From: an uncultured Candidatus Saccharibacteria bacterium
GTDB lineage: Bacteria > Patescibacteriota > UBA1384 > CAZZBO01
Direction: 5' to 3'
Length of the DNA stretch: 64,000 nucleotides
NCBI GenBank assembly: GCA_964652345.1
Contig: CAZZBO010000001.1
Coordinates: 3,892-67,891 of the forward strand
The notes under the pieces were generated by a model. That model was not told the origin of the DNA. It did no database searches and worked only from the letters and a program-made list of their open reading frames with translations. Position numbers and translations under genes: made by a program. Position 1 is the stretch's first letter; the number at the start of each line of letters is the position of its first letter. Positions 17,394 through 28,589 of the stretch are shown here, piece by piece.

Positions 17394-19418
17394 ATGAACG
17401 ATATATTAATTTCAATTGTTAATTCTAAATTATGGCTGTTTGATTCAGTTGGCTTTACTTCGTATATCGTTTTATTGTGGCAGATTTGTTTAGTTTTTTT
17501 ATTAGTAAATAGGTTAAGATGTCTTAAAATATTCAAAAATTACGAAAAAATTGATTTAATAATTTTTTCTATAATAATATATTGTTTTTTTATATTTTTC
17601 TTTATTGAAATCTCATCATTATTTAATATCTTAACATCAAAAATGAGTTGGATATTTAAAATATTCTTAACATTTTTATTGCTTAATCCTATCAATATTA
17701 AATTGTCAAAAATCAGAAAAGTATTTTTTTCAGTAAAATTCTATCATCTACTTGAAATTTTTAAAAAAAGTAAAAAAAAGTTTTATTTACTTCCATTTAT
17801 TGGACTGGGGCTTGTGTTGATAGGTACTTTTTTAATAGCGTTAATTGCATCGCCAAATAATTGGGATTCAATGACATATCATCTTCCAAGAATAATGCAT
17901 TGGCAGCAAAATAATTCTATTGGATTTTATGATACTTCGGTGACTCGCCAACTTTATTCGAGTCCTGGGGCAGAGTATTTAATATTATACTTACAGCTGT
18001 TAACTGGAGGAGATCGGCTAGCAAATTTTATACAATGGTTTGCTCTATTTGGGAGTCTTTTAGTTGTTTGGAATATTACAAAACAGCTTGGAGGTAATTA
18101 TTGCTCAAGAGTTTTTGCGGTTCTTTTTACCGCTTCAATACCTATGGCGATATTACAAGCTACTAGTACGCAAACTGATCTCATAGCTAGCTTTTGGATA
18201 CTCTGTTCTATTTACCTAATCCTCAAAATAGTAAAAGATACAAATTTAGTTTTAGCAACACTTTTAGGTTTAAGCGGAGGCATCGCACTACTTACCAAAG
18301 CAACATCATTGCCATTTTTATTACCTTTTGGCTTTTATTTATTATATAGACTGTTTTTATTGCAGCGATTTAAAAGTTATAAGATTGTAATTATAACTTT
18401 GGGTGTTGCTTGTATGGTCTATTTACCGTTTTTAGCTAGAAACTTTCACTACTACGGATCTTTTACTTCGCCAGATAGTAGAATGATAACAAACGAAAAT
18501 ATTACTCTTTCTGTGGTGAGCTCTAATTTAATAAGAAATCTTACAATGCATGCAGATTTGGGTTTAAAAAACAATCACTCTGTTGTTTCAAATTTTACAA
18601 AAAAAATACACAATGTATTGGGCTTAAATCTAAATGCTACAGAATCAACTTATGGAGGAAATTTGTTTTCAGTCATTCCATATCAAAATAGGTTCGATGA
18701 AGATACGGCTACAAATCCGGTGCACCTTGCCTTGATAATAGTTAGCGCGGTTATTTTAGTTTTGAGATATAAAATTGAAAAAAATTATTTTTTACTAGGA
18801 TTATTATCCTTAGTATTATTTTCTGCACTATTTCGCTGGCAAATTTGGGGCTCAAGACTGCAGTTGCCTTTTTTTATTATAATAGCTCCCGCTGTTTCAA
18901 TTATACTAACAGAAAAAATAAAAATTAAATATCAATCATTGTTTATGTCAATCGTGGCAATTTGTTTTATTTTCTATACATTTCCATTTGTGACTAATCA
19001 TGGAATTAGGCCATTACGGGGACCCGAAAGTATACTTGTCAGGGAAAGATATGATCTTTATTTTGCGCATAATAGATATATGAAGAACTATTACACTGAA
19101 GCAGTTAAACATATACCCGAATGCCAAAGCGTAGGTTTGATAATTAAAAATGAAGCATTTGAATATCCATTGTTACTATCGATCAAAAAAAAGAATCCGG
19201 ATATAAAATTTTATCATTTGTTAGCTGAAAACTCATTAATTAAATATTCGAATCTACACAAAAACAACATGTGTGCTATTATTAAGGTTGACCCTTATCC
19301 TTTGGGGGGTCAATTGTTGCTAACTCAGGATAACGGAACAAATATTCAAATGATTTGGTCTAGCCCAAACAATGAAGTTGCCGTGTATAAACTATTAATA
19401 AATGATGAAAAAAAATAA
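17394..19418 (+). CDS. GT-C (ArnT/PMT-like) glycosyltransferase
   Basis: PNNWDSMTYHLPR, QATSTQTDL and ALLTKAT motifs; many TM helices. Confidence 0.75.
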   Translation: MNDILISIVNSKLWLFDSVGFTSYIVLLWQICLVFLLVNRLRCLKIFKNYEKIDLIIFSIIIYCFFIFFFIEISSLFNILTSKMSWIFKIFLTFLLLNPINIKLSKIRKVFFSVKFYHLLEIFKKSKKKFYLLPFIGLGLVLIGTFLIALIASPNNWDSMTYHLPRIMHWQQNNSIGFYDTSVTRQLYSSPGAEYLILYLQLLTGGDRLANFIQWFALFGSLLVVWNITKQLGGNYCSRVFAVLFTASIPMAILQATSTQTDLIASFWILCSIYLILKIVKDTNLVLATLLGLSGGIALLTKATSLPFLLPFGFYLLYRLFLLQRFKSYKIVIITLGVACMVYLPFLARNFHYYGSFTSPDSRMITNENITLSVVSSNLIRNLTMHADLGLKNNHSVVSNFTKKIHNVLGLNLNATESTYGGNLFSVIPYQNRFDEDTATNPVHLALIIVSAVILVLRYKIEKNYFLLGLLSLVLFSALFRWQIWGSRLQLPFFIIIAPAVSIILTEKIKIKYQSLFMSIVAICFIFYTFPFVTNHGIRPLRGPESILVRERYDLYFAHNRYMKNYYTEAVKHIPECQSVGLIIKNEAFEYPLLLSIKKKNPDIKFYHLLAENSLIKYSNLHKNNMCAIIKVDPYPLGGQLLLTQDNGTNIQMIWSSPNNEVAVYKLLINDEKK

Positions 19419-20205
19419 TTATAAAATTTCAATAGTAACTCCAAGTTATAATCAGGGAAAATTTATTATCGAGACTTTTGATTCGATATTGTCTCAGGGT
19501 ATTAAAAATTTAGAATACATAGTTATGGATGGCGGCTCAACTGATTCAACCTTAACAATTGCCGATAGATATAGGTCTTTGTTTACGAAAGCAGGGATTT
19601 CTTTTATATTTATTTCTGAGAAAGACAATGGACAGTCGGATGCAATCAATAAGGGTTGGAAAATGGCTACGGGTGATATTTTAACTTATATAAATTCTGA
19701 TGATTATTATACTAGAGGTGCTTTGAAGGAAGTGTTGAAATATTTTAATAAAAATGCTGAAGTTAAATGGGCATACGGTGGTTGGATGTATGTAAATGAA
19801 AAAGGCAACCCCTTTTTAACTAGACAACCCATAGATTATAACAGAAATAAATTATTAAATTATTGCAACATTGGACAACCTAGCTGTTTTTTTAGACGAG
19901 AATTATTAGATGATTTTGGTTATCTAAATACTAGCTTACATCTTACCATGGATTATGATCTATGGTTAAGGTTTGCCTCTAAATATCCAGCGGGTATAAT
20001 CAATAAAGTTTTATCCTGTATGAGATATCATAAAAATGCAAAAAGCGTGGAACTAACCAGCAAACAACTGCTTGAAGCTTATCGAATAGGTTCTAAATAT
20101 ACTAAAATATTCAACTGGAGAAGAATTGTTCAATTATTTTATTTAATTAGGGGTTTTATAGTAAATTATCTAAGAATTTCAAAGATACAACGGGAATTAA
20201 AATAA
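19402..20205 (+). CDS. GT2 glycosyltransferase
   Basis: TPSYNQ, DGGSTD, GQSDAINKG, NSDD, MDYDLWLR. Confidence 0.92.
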   Translation: MMKKNNYKISIVTPSYNQGKFIIETFDSILSQGIKNLEYIVMDGGSTDSTLTIADRYRSLFTKAGISFIFISEKDNGQSDAINKGWKMATGDILTYINSDDYYTRGALKEVLKYFNKNAEVKWAYGGWMYVNEKGNPFLTRQPIDYNRNKLLNYCNIGQPSCFFRRELLDDFGYLNTSLHLTMDYDLWLRFASKYPAGIINKVLSCMRYHKNAKSVELTSKQLLEAYRIGSKYTKIFNWRRIVQLFYLIRGFIVNYLRISKIQRELK

Positions 20206-20303
20206 TTTATAATCTTAAACCCTGTTTTTCGTCACAATAATCGAAAAATAAATGAACATCCGTATTATCTTAGCCAATAGTTTAAAAAATATAATTCTTT
20301 AAA

Positions 20304-21602
20304 CTAAATTTTCCTAAAACAAATACGACAAGCAATTATTTCATATAAATACGAAATAATTGTTAGAATAAAAAAAATTGCAACTGATATCAATTTTGGA
20401 TTATAAATTAAAATAAGATAGACCAAGACAAAAACAATTGGCTTGAGAAGTGCAAATTTTTTTCCAATATTAAGTAAAATAGCCGATGACGACATAATTG
20501 ATCCGTAAAAAACTATAATAATTTGTAAATATGAAATGAATGATACCAAAATAACATAAAACAAATTTAGTTCATATTGCGAACCAAATAACTTCATTGT
20601 AAAAACGGACAATAATGAAAATATTAACAATAATGGAAAAAAACTAATTCTTGTCAGAGTATCAATTTTTTTTAATATAACCTTTTTATTATCTGCTATA
20701 TTTATTGACGGAAACAATACATTTAGCAATGCGATTGCAAATTGTCCCACTATAACAGTAGATGATAACAAATATGCAGTATAGATTCCGAGTTGGCTAG
20801 GTCCCAAATAATTAAATATAAAGAATCTATCTGCGGTATTAATAAATATTGATACTAATGAAATAATTACTGCTGCTTTCCAGTAAACAAACATCTTACT
20901 CCACAAAACCTTATCCCATGAACGAATATTAATTTTTACCTTTTTTAAAATAATTATTACTGAAAAAATATATGCGACAGCAAAGATCAAATAGAAATTA
21001 TATATTTTCAAATTTTGTACAAACATTAATAAACCTAAAGTTAATAAAAGAATAGTTATTGCTTCAAATACTTTTATAGCAGATTGAAACTTGAATAAAT
21101 TCATAGATTTTATAATATTATCGAATAAAGTTCTAAACGTAATAATTAATCCTAAGATTAAACCAAGCTGGATTATTACATTTGAAGTTTGTAAAAAGTA
21201 AGCAATTTTGGAGGTGAATAATAAAAAAATAATTAGAAATAAAAGAGAAGTTAGCGTGATAAAAATAATAGAATTTGAAATAGATTTATCTCTTTGTTCT
21301 TTAGTATTTTGGTGCGAAATAAACTTAATAGAGGTCGAATCTAGACCAAAAAACATTATAGTTGATGAAAGTGTCGCAATAACCACAATTAATGAATATC
21401 GGCCGTATTCTTCAGGACCTAAAACACGACCCATTATGATATTAATACTGATAAGTATTACTCCGCTAAGAAAGTATCCGATAACAGACCATGAAAGATT
21501 ATAAATGAAACTCTTCATGGTATCACTCATAGAATGCCCGAAAATAAATATATGTATTTTTTCCAAGATTATAATATTTTTTTGTTTTATTAAGTCAAGC
21601 AT
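20304..21602 (-). CDS. wzx: Wzx-type polysaccharide flippase
   Basis: RVLGPEEYG and DRFFI...LGIY motifs; ~12 TM helices. Confidence 0.82.
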   Translation of the reverse strand: MLDLIKQKNIIILEKIHIFIFGHSMSDTMKSFIYNLSWSVIGYFLSGVILISINIIMGRVLGPEEYGRYSLIVVIATLSSTIMFFGLDSTSIKFISHQNTKEQRDKSISNSIIFITLTSLLFLIIFLLFTSKIAYFLQTSNVIIQLGLILGLIITFRTLFDNIIKSMNLFKFQSAIKVFEAITILLLTLGLLMFVQNLKIYNFYLIFAVAYIFSVIIILKKVKINIRSWDKVLWSKMFVYWKAAVIISLVSIFINTADRFFIFNYLGPSQLGIYTAYLLSSTVIVGQFAIALLNVLFPSINIADNKKVILKKIDTLTRISFFPLLLIFSLLSVFTMKLFGSQYELNLFYVILVSFISYLQIIIVFYGSIMSSSAILLNIGKKFALLKPIVFVLVYLILIYNPKLISVAIFFILTIISYLYEIIACRICFRKI

Positions 21603-21617
21603 ATGTTTACAAAAATT

Positions 21618-22808
21618 TTAATTATCACTAAATTCTTTCAGCATATTTGTGGCATATTTTTTCCATGAAAGATTATTTTTTACAAAATTTGCTCCGTTTT
21701 TGGAAATCTTTTCCATAACTATAGGGTTATTAATTAATACCTTAATATGGTCAGCGATCAATTCTGGAGATTTTGGTTCAACGATTAATGCATTTTTCCT
21801 ATCAGATAATACTTCATGCGCCCCAGAGGTTTTACTAACTATGCAAACACAACCAGATAACATTGCTTCAAATACCGCAAGACCCCAAGTTTGTTCGTGA
21901 TTTGGAAACACAAAAATATCTGATTTCCGATATGTATTTATTAATTTTTCTTCACTCATGCCGTTAACCAATGTAATAAACTTAGCCAATTTTTTTTGCT
22001 TTATTCGTTTTTTAATAAATAAATAATAGTCGTAAGATCTTGTGTTGATGCCATTTATTGTAAGATGAATATTGGTAATCTTTTTATTTTTTAAAATATC
22101 GATAGCATCGACAATATCTTCAAATCTTCTATGAGGAAAAAAAATGCTTGACGCAAAAACTTGATAATTTGATTTTTTATATGTTTTTCTTTCATAAATA
22201 TATTTGTTAATATCTATTCCGCTTCTTATAACAGTTGCGTCTTTTTTATATATATTTTTACATAGTCTCTGGTTTCTCTTGTCGAGCACAATAACTTTAA
22301 CTATCTTTCTTAGACTTAACCAAGCTATAAATTTTTGTAAAAAAACAAATAATTTATAGATTATACCGGTGTTCGAGTATGAAACATCGGCAACATCATT
22401 CATCATCCAAACCATATTTTTATGTTTTAAGTTTCGTGCTACTTTATATGCTTTATAGTCATGTAAATTGATTACATGATAGTGGTTTTTAATATTCTCT
22501 TTTTCTATTAGAGAAGAGAGCTGTCTTACCTCTTTTGTACTTCTAAAAATTTCACCAAATAATTCAAAGCATAATTGTAGCTTCAAGAATAAAGGATAAT
22601 GTTTTTTGGGGATAACTTTATCTGAAAAATGAACAGCTTTAATGTTGAGATTTGAACATATATCAGTATAACAATTTTCTTTGTCGTAAATATAACAAAA
22701 AACATCAACAATGTGACCCATCATCTTGAAATTTCTTGCTAATTCTAAACCCTGTCTTTGGGTTCCACCCTTAATATTAAGATCCCATAATACTATTGCA
22801 ATTTTCAT
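21618..22808 (-). CDS. GT4 glycosyltransferase
   Basis: GGTQRQ and QTWGLAVFEAM motifs. Confidence 0.88.
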   Translation of the reverse strand: MKIAIVLWDLNIKGGTQRQGLELARNFKMMGHIVDVFCYIYDKENCYTDICSNLNIKAVHFSDKVIPKKHYPLFLKLQLCFELFGEIFRSTKEVRQLSSLIEKENIKNHYHVINLHDYKAYKVARNLKHKNMVWMMNDVADVSYSNTGIIYKLFVFLQKFIAWLSLRKIVKVIVLDKRNQRLCKNIYKKDATVIRSGIDINKYIYERKTYKKSNYQVFASSIFFPHRRFEDIVDAIDILKNKKITNIHLTINGINTRSYDYYLFIKKRIKQKKLAKFITLVNGMSEEKLINTYRKSDIFVFPNHEQTWGLAVFEAMLSGCVCIVSKTSGAHEVLSDRKNALIVEPKSPELIADHIKVLINNPIVMEKISKNGANFVKNNLSWKKYATNMLKEFSDN

Positions 22809-22813
22809 AAATT

Positions 22814-23734
22814 TTATTTCATCTGCTTGTTAATATATTCTATTGTTTTTACGATTCCGTCTTTTAAATCTGTCTTTGGCTTCCAATCTAAATCTTTTTT
22901 GGTTTTTGAAATATCACAATAAAAATTCAAGGGTCCTGTTGTTGGCTTTTCTAGAGAATTATATTGAACTCCAAGTTGTGTAGCTATTTCGCTTACTATT
23001 TCTTCTACGCTTATGCCGTGGCCACTCGCAAGATTGTATATACCATTTAGATTACTATCTAAGGATTTCACAATCGCTTCTGCTGCATCTTCAGAATAAA
23101 TCCAATCTCTCTTGGGTTTCAAATTAAAAACTGTTATGGCGCCTTTTTTGATACCCTCGATGATCTTGCTGGGCACCAGAAATGGTGAATTATTAAAATC
23201 TTGATATGGGCCATAAATATTTGAGAGTCTAAAAACTATAACTGGAAGATTGAATTTGTCTCTATAAAAATTTACATAATTTTCAGATACGCCTTTTGTG
23301 AAAGAATATGTAGTATAATTTAAATAAAGCTTGTCTTCTTCTTTTACTGGTGGAGTGTTTTTATTGTCATATATTATTATACTTGAAAGATGAATGAATT
23401 TTTTAAGCCTCTTTTGCATTTTGGCAAATTCCAAAACTGACTTTGTAAAATTTATATTAATCTTTTCGGCTAATTCAAAATTTTCACAAAATTTGTCATT
23501 TGATAGAGCTAGTAAATTTATTATGTAATCAAAGCCATGGTTTATATTTGAAAAATTAAAGTCAACCGCATCGCAATAGATATTATGAATATTTTTAATA
23601 TCAGAAATTTTTTTATTACTTAAATTGTAAATTTCAAAATCCTTATTTTCTTTGATTAACTCAATAATATTTCGCCCTACAAAACCACTACCTCCTGTAA
23701 TAAGAATCTTTTTTATTCTTTCTTGACTAGTCAT
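22814..23734 (-). CDS. NAD-dependent sugar epimerase/reductase (extended SDR)
   Basis: TGGSGFVG, YSFTK, RLSNIYGP, RDWIY. Confidence 0.88.
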   Translation of the reverse strand: MTSQERIKKILITGGSGFVGRNIIELIKENKDFEIYNLSNKKISDIKNIHNIYCDAVDFNFSNINHGFDYIINLLALSNDKFCENFELAEKININFTKSVLEFAKMQKRLKKFIHLSSIIIYDNKNTPPVKEEDKLYLNYTTYSFTKGVSENYVNFYRDKFNLPVIVFRLSNIYGPYQDFNNSPFLVPSKIIEGIKKGAITVFNLKPKRDWIYSEDAAEAIVKSLDSNLNGIYNLASGHGISVEEIVSEIATQLGVQYNSLEKPTTGPLNFYCDISKTKKDLDWKPKTDLKDGIVKTIEYINKQMK

Positions 23735-24907
23735 TCAAATCCTTTTGGTTAATCCGTTTAAAATCATTAACATTTCGTTTTCGGTTAATTCGGGATTGTT
23801 GCCAATATAAAAACCATTATCATGTACAAATTCAGCATTTTTACAATGCATAGAATTATTAATATATTTTATAAAAAATGGTTGCCTGGACATATCACCT
23901 GTGATGATAGGCCTTGTTTCGGCAAATTGGTCAAAAATTTGTTTATAATGGTTGCAAAGTGATTTTGTTTTGCAAATTATTGGTAGAGCAAAGCTTGATA
24001 CAATGTCCATTGAGGAATTTTCTGTGGGAATAAAATCATTATTTTTTTTCAATTGCTCTAAAAAGATTTTATAATTAGATTCTCTAGTACTAACTATTTC
24101 ATCCCAATAATTAATTTGGATGTTACCTAAAAAACCGTTAATTTCAGTTGGTCGGGCGTTGTATGCTAAATCATAAAAAAGATATTTTGAATAGAAATCA
24201 TCACCATTATTTTTATCTCTTAGTTTATGTTGTTTTTCGGTGCTTAAATTTCTATCCCAGCCGTGAGCTCGAACCATAACTAGCATATCGTACAGCTCCT
24301 CACTGTCAGTACATATCATACCTCCCTCTATAGTAGAAATATGATGGCCTACGAAAAAAGAGAATGTAGATGCAAATCCAAAATTTCCTAATAATTGATT
24401 ATTTATTTTTGACCCTAATGATTCACAGTTATCCTCAAGAAAAATTATATTCTTTTTATTACATATTTTTTTTATTTCTGCTATATCATCTGACAACCCT
24501 AAAACATTAGTGATAAATAATGCATCGAGCTTGTTTTCTTCAAGATATAAGTTTAATTTTTGAGGAGAAATGTTCAAGGTTGAAATTTCGCAATCAATCA
24601 ATATCGGCTGTAAACCTAACTGAATAAGTGGCATAATATTTGTTGCCCAAGTTAAAGCTGAAACCCCAACTTTGTCGTTTTTTTTAATAATATCAAGATT
24701 AAGTAGTGACTGTATTAAAACTAAGTTAGCCATACTTCCACTATTTACATAAACGGCAAATTTTCTTCCCTGTTTTTTAGCGAAAGACTGTTCAAATTTA
24801 GTACACTCTGTATTCATACTAAAAAAATTTGCTTTTTTTATAAAATCAGCTAGCTTTTCTTTTGTTTCAGTTTCATTATAAAAAGATGATTTAATTAAAC
24901 TGATCAT
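23735..24907 (-). CDS. ColD-like PLP-dependent GDP-4-keto-6-deoxymannose 3-dehydratase (DegT family)
   Basis: EDNCESLG; FSFFVGHHISTIEGG has His at the usual catalytic Lys position; RAHGWDR; ATG at 24907. Confidence 0.75.
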   Translation of the reverse strand: MISLIKSSFYNETETKEKLADFIKKANFFSMNTECTKFEQSFAKKQGRKFAVYVNSGSMANLVLIQSLLNLDIIKKNDKVGVSALTWATNIMPLIQLGLQPILIDCEISTLNISPQKLNLYLEENKLDALFITNVLGLSDDIAEIKKICNKKNIIFLEDNCESLGSKINNQLLGNFGFASTFSFFVGHHISTIEGGMICTDSEELYDMLVMVRAHGWDRNLSTEKQHKLRDKNNGDDFYSKYLFYDLAYNARPTEINGFLGNIQINYWDEIVSTRESNYKIFLEQLKKNNDFIPTENSSMDIVSSFALPIICKTKSLCNHYKQIFDQFAETRPIITGDMSRQPFFIKYINNSMHCKNAEFVHDNGFYIGNNPELTENEMLMILNGLTKRI

Positions 24908-25851
24908 ATTTTTTCTCCAATTTTGTTGAAATTTTGGATATACCATTCATAAGTTTTTTTGATACCCTCCTCAAGTGTGGTCTGATGCATCCATCCAGTT
25001 GAAGTTAATTTAGATGTGTTAAGTAATTTTCTTGGGGTTCCATCGGGTTTTTCTGTATCAAATTCTATTTTACCTTTGTAGGCGGCAATTTCTTTAATTA
25101 TCTCGGCGAGTTCTTTTATGGAAATATCTTTACCAACCCCAATGTTAATAATCTCGGAAGAATCATAATTATTCATAAGAAACACAACTGCATCGGCTAA
25201 ATCATCAACATAAAGAAACTCTCTCATTGCTTTGCCCGTTCCCCAAACAGTTACGGTCGGCTCATTATTCACTTTGGCTTCATGAAACTTTCTAATAAGC
25301 GCTGGAAGAACATGAGATGATTTAAGATCAAAATTATCACCCGGTCCATAAAGATTTGTAGGCATGACTGAAATAAAATTTGTCCCATACTGCTTGTTAA
25401 AAGCTTGACACATTATAAGACCGGCAATCTTTGCTACTGCGTATGGCTTGTTTGTTTCTTCAAGTGGTCCAGTAAGCAAATATTCTTCTTTAATGGGTTG
25501 CTGGCAATCTCTTGGGTAAATACAACTACTTCCCAAAAATAATAATTTTTTAACTCCATTTTCTTGTGAGGCCTTGATAATATTTAGCTCTATGGCTAAA
25601 TTATCATAAATAAAATCCGCCCCGAATTCATTATTAGCAACTATACCCCCAACCTTTGCTGCAGCTAAAAATACATATTCAGGTTTTTCTTCTTGAAAGA
25701 ATTTTCTTACTTCATCGTTGTCTCTTAAATCAAGTTCTTTAAAATCTTTTTTTATAATATTTTTATAACCATTTTTTTCTAACTTTCTAAGAATAGCTGA
25801 ACCTACAAGACCATTATGACCAGCTAAATAAATTTTTGAATTTTTTTTCAT
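24904..25851 (-). CDS. fcl: GDP-L-fucose synthase / ColC-like epimerase-reductase
   Basis: AGHNGLVGSA, AAAKVGGI, GSSCIYP, YAVAK, MPTNLYGP. Confidence 0.9.
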   Translation of the reverse strand: MKKNSKIYLAGHNGLVGSAILRKLEKNGYKNIIKKDFKELDLRDNDEVRKFFQEEKPEYVFLAAAKVGGIVANNEFGADFIYDNLAIELNIIKASQENGVKKLLFLGSSCIYPRDCQQPIKEEYLLTGPLEETNKPYAVAKIAGLIMCQAFNKQYGTNFISVMPTNLYGPGDNFDLKSSHVLPALIRKFHEAKVNNEPTVTVWGTGKAMREFLYVDDLADAVVFLMNNYDSSEIINIGVGKDISIKELAEIIKEIAAYKGKIEFDTEKPDGTPRKLLNTSKLTSTGWMHQTTLEEGIKKTYEWYIQNFNKIGEKI

Positions 25852-25860
25852 AGTATTCCT

Positions 25861-26913
25861 TTATTTTTTATAGTATTGTTTATTTCGTGTTTCATTATTT
25901 AAATCAGCTTCGGTCATTATTTTTACTAATTCTTTAAATATTATTTTTGGCTTCCAATTTAATTGTTTCTTAGCTTTAGCAGGATTTCCTATCAATAAAT
26001 CTACCTCAGCCGGTCTAAAGTATTTAGAATCAATTTTAATAATAGTTTTATTAGTTTGTTTATCAATCCCAATTTCCTCTAATCCTTTGCCTTTCCAAAT
26101 TAAATCAATCTTTAATACTTCACACACTTCTTCAACAAAATCTCTTACTGAATATGTTTCTCCAGTTGCAATTACATAATCATCGGGTTGCTTATGTTGA
26201 AGCATTAGCCACATTGCCTCAACATAATCTTTAGCATATCCCCAATCTCTTTTTGAGTCTAAATTACCAAGATACAAACAATTATCCATATCCAATTTTA
26301 TTCTGGCTAGGCCTCTTGTGATTTTTCTTGTGACAAAAGTTTCTCCTCTTCTTGGTGATTCATGATTAAAGAGAATGCCATTAGAGGCGAATAAATTATA
26401 ACTTTCACGATAGTTTTTAGTAATCCAATAAGCATATACTTTTGCGCAACCATAAGGCGATCTTGGATAAAAGGGGGTATTTTCAGTTTGCGGTACTTCC
26501 ATCACCTTGCCATACATTTCCGATGATGAAGCTTGATAAAACTTAGTATTAATGCCTGTTTCTTTAATTGCATCTAAAATACGAAGAGTTCCAAGACCAG
26601 TGACGTCCCCTGTATACTCTGGCATGTCAAAGCTCACTCTAACATGACTCTGAGCTCCTAAATGATATATCTCATCGGGTTTTATCTTTTCAAGCAGACG
26701 ACTAATGTTGCTTGCGTCAGAGAGATCTCCATAATGAAGGAATAATTTTACCCCAAAAACATGCGGATCTTGGTATAGATGATCTATCCGACTAGTGTTG
26801 AATGTTGATGATCTTCTTATTAATCCATGTACTTCATATTTTTTTTCAAGTAATAATTCTGCTAAATATGAGCCGTCTTGTCCTGTGATGCCAGTAATAA
26901 ATGCTTTTTTCAT
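25861..26913 (-). CDS. gmd: GDP-mannose 4,6-dehydratase
   Basis: [29 protein letters not shown]. Confidence 0.97.
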   Translation of the reverse strand: MKKAFITGITGQDGSYLAELLLEKKYEVHGLIRRSSTFNTSRIDHLYQDPHVFGVKLFLHYGDLSDASNISRLLEKIKPDEIYHLGAQSHVRVSFDMPEYTGDVTGLGTLRILDAIKETGINTKFYQASSSEMYGKVMEVPQTENTPFYPRSPYGCAKVYAYWITKNYRESYNLFASNGILFNHESPRRGETFVTRKITRGLARIKLDMDNCLYLGNLDSKRDWGYAKDYVEAMWLMLQHKQPDDYVIATGETYSVRDFVEEVCEVLKIDLIWKGKGLEEIGIDKQTNKTIIKIDSKYFRPAEVDLLIGNPAKAKKQLNWKPKIIFKELVKIMTEADLNNETRNKQYYKK

Positions 26914-26914
26914 T

Positions 26915-28498
26915 TTAATCCTTTATTATTTTTAATAGATATATTTCATTAATAAGTGATTTAGCGGATTTTATGAGCTTAATTTTTTTTGAAAATAAAT
27001 AAAAATCAATAAACCCAGTTTCTATTGCACTTGGGACCCAACCTTTTTGATAATCCACAATATAAATATAATCATAATTTTGCAGAATTGCCAAGTCTTC
27101 GGGATTTTCTGGATCTAGAGGGTGAATCTCGGGAGGTTGGTAGGTTTGAGATAACCATAAGTAATCAATGTCCCAATCTTCATTCAAAAACGCATTAAAA
27201 TAAAAATCATAACCTTGAATTAAGATTTTTCCAGAAGGTTGAGTATTTAAATAATCAACAATTTCTTGATCCGCTTGAGTATAACGAACCATAGGTTCAT
27301 ACCTAAACGCTTGGTAGATTCGATTTTTAAAACTAGGGTATGCTAACAATCCAACCATAAGAATGAATATTACCAAATAGTATTTTTTATCTTTTAAACG
27401 ATTAAATATTTGGGAAATTGCTAAACTTGCTAATATACTTAATGGAAAGATTAGATCTCGTAATAATCTATCTGGATTAGATAAAAAATACATTCTGGAG
27501 CCGATAAAAAGCATTAAAGTCCAAGTTGTCACAACGTTTAATCCACTATAAAACAAATATTGGCTAGAATAATTTTTTTTCTGTTTCCAATTGTAGAATA
27601 AGCCAATAAATCCAAAGATTGTAGCAATAAATCCAAGCTCAAAAGGATATTGTTTTAGTCCTATCAGAGCTTCTTTGTCGGTATTGGGGATTATTTTGAA
27701 ATATGGAAAATCAGCTGATCTAGTGAAGTATTGTGAAAGAAGAGAGTCGGAACTATCAAATATGTTTGTTTTAAAATAGATATAACCAAAAATTATTGCA
27801 AAAATAAAAACAAGTGCAATGCTTATCCAAAATTGTTTTTGTTTTAAATGGTTAAATTTTTTTAATATATATAATAACGGAATAATAAAGATACATAAAA
27901 GTCCAATGATATACAAAGTTGATAAATGGTGGGCGCTATATATTAGAAACAAAATAAAAATAGTTATTATGCCTAAACAAAATTTTTGCCAAAGTTTTTT
28001 GACTAAGGGTAAATAAATTAAACTAAAAAACAAAAGGGGGATAAAGATTTGCGCAGCGATTAAATTTGGATATCCTCCGTCATTGAGCTGTTGAATAGAT
28101 AATTTATTTAAAAAGCTGTATATGAAAAAAGCTATAAGAGCCGGATATTTACCAAATAATTTATATGTAAATATAAAAATGGTTAAACTGGAGAAAACCA
28201 ATATCGCTGGCGATGTCCATTTGATAGCATCAATTATGCTTAAATTAGTAATTTGTGAGATGTTAGCGATCAGCCAATGATACAAAGGGGGATATTCGCC
28301 AGAGGACATACCTTGCCAAAAAGTTTTCGTGCCATCAAAATATGGCTTTATCATATGCCAGTGCATCATTCCATCATGACCTGGTGGCACTAAATATTGA
28401 TATTTAATCAATCCAAAATATTGGATTACTATCAATAGTACCAACAAGAAGGAAAATACAGCCCAATATAAATGATTTTTTTGTATATTTTTTTTCAT
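26915..28498 (-). CDS. Polytopic membrane protein, GT-C-like
   Basis: [21 protein letters not shown] and HHLST motifs; many TM helices. Confidence 0.6.
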   Translation of the reverse strand: MKKNIQKNHLYWAVFSFLLVLLIVIQYFGLIKYQYLVPPGHDGMMHWHMIKPYFDGTKTFWQGMSSGEYPPLYHWLIANISQITNLSIIDAIKWTSPAILVFSSLTIFIFTYKLFGKYPALIAFFIYSFLNKLSIQQLNDGGYPNLIAAQIFIPLLFFSLIYLPLVKKLWQKFCLGIITIFILFLIYSAHHLSTLYIIGLLCIFIIPLLYILKKFNHLKQKQFWISIALVFIFAIIFGYIYFKTNIFDSSDSLLSQYFTRSADFPYFKIIPNTDKEALIGLKQYPFELGFIATIFGFIGLFYNWKQKKNYSSQYLFYSGLNVVTTWTLMLFIGSRMYFLSNPDRLLRDLIFPLSILASLAISQIFNRLKDKKYYLVIFILMVGLLAYPSFKNRIYQAFRYEPMVRYTQADQEIVDYLNTQPSGKILIQGYDFYFNAFLNEDWDIDYLWLSQTYQPPEIHPLDPENPEDLAILQNYDYIYIVDYQKGWVPSAIETGFIDFYLFSKKIKLIKSAKSLINEIYLLKIIKD

Positions 28499-28589
28499 CG
28501 TATTTGATATTATCTTATTTTTTCAAGAAAATAAATAATTCAATACATATATTTACTATGAAGTCGGAATCTTGAAAACAATATTAAAC

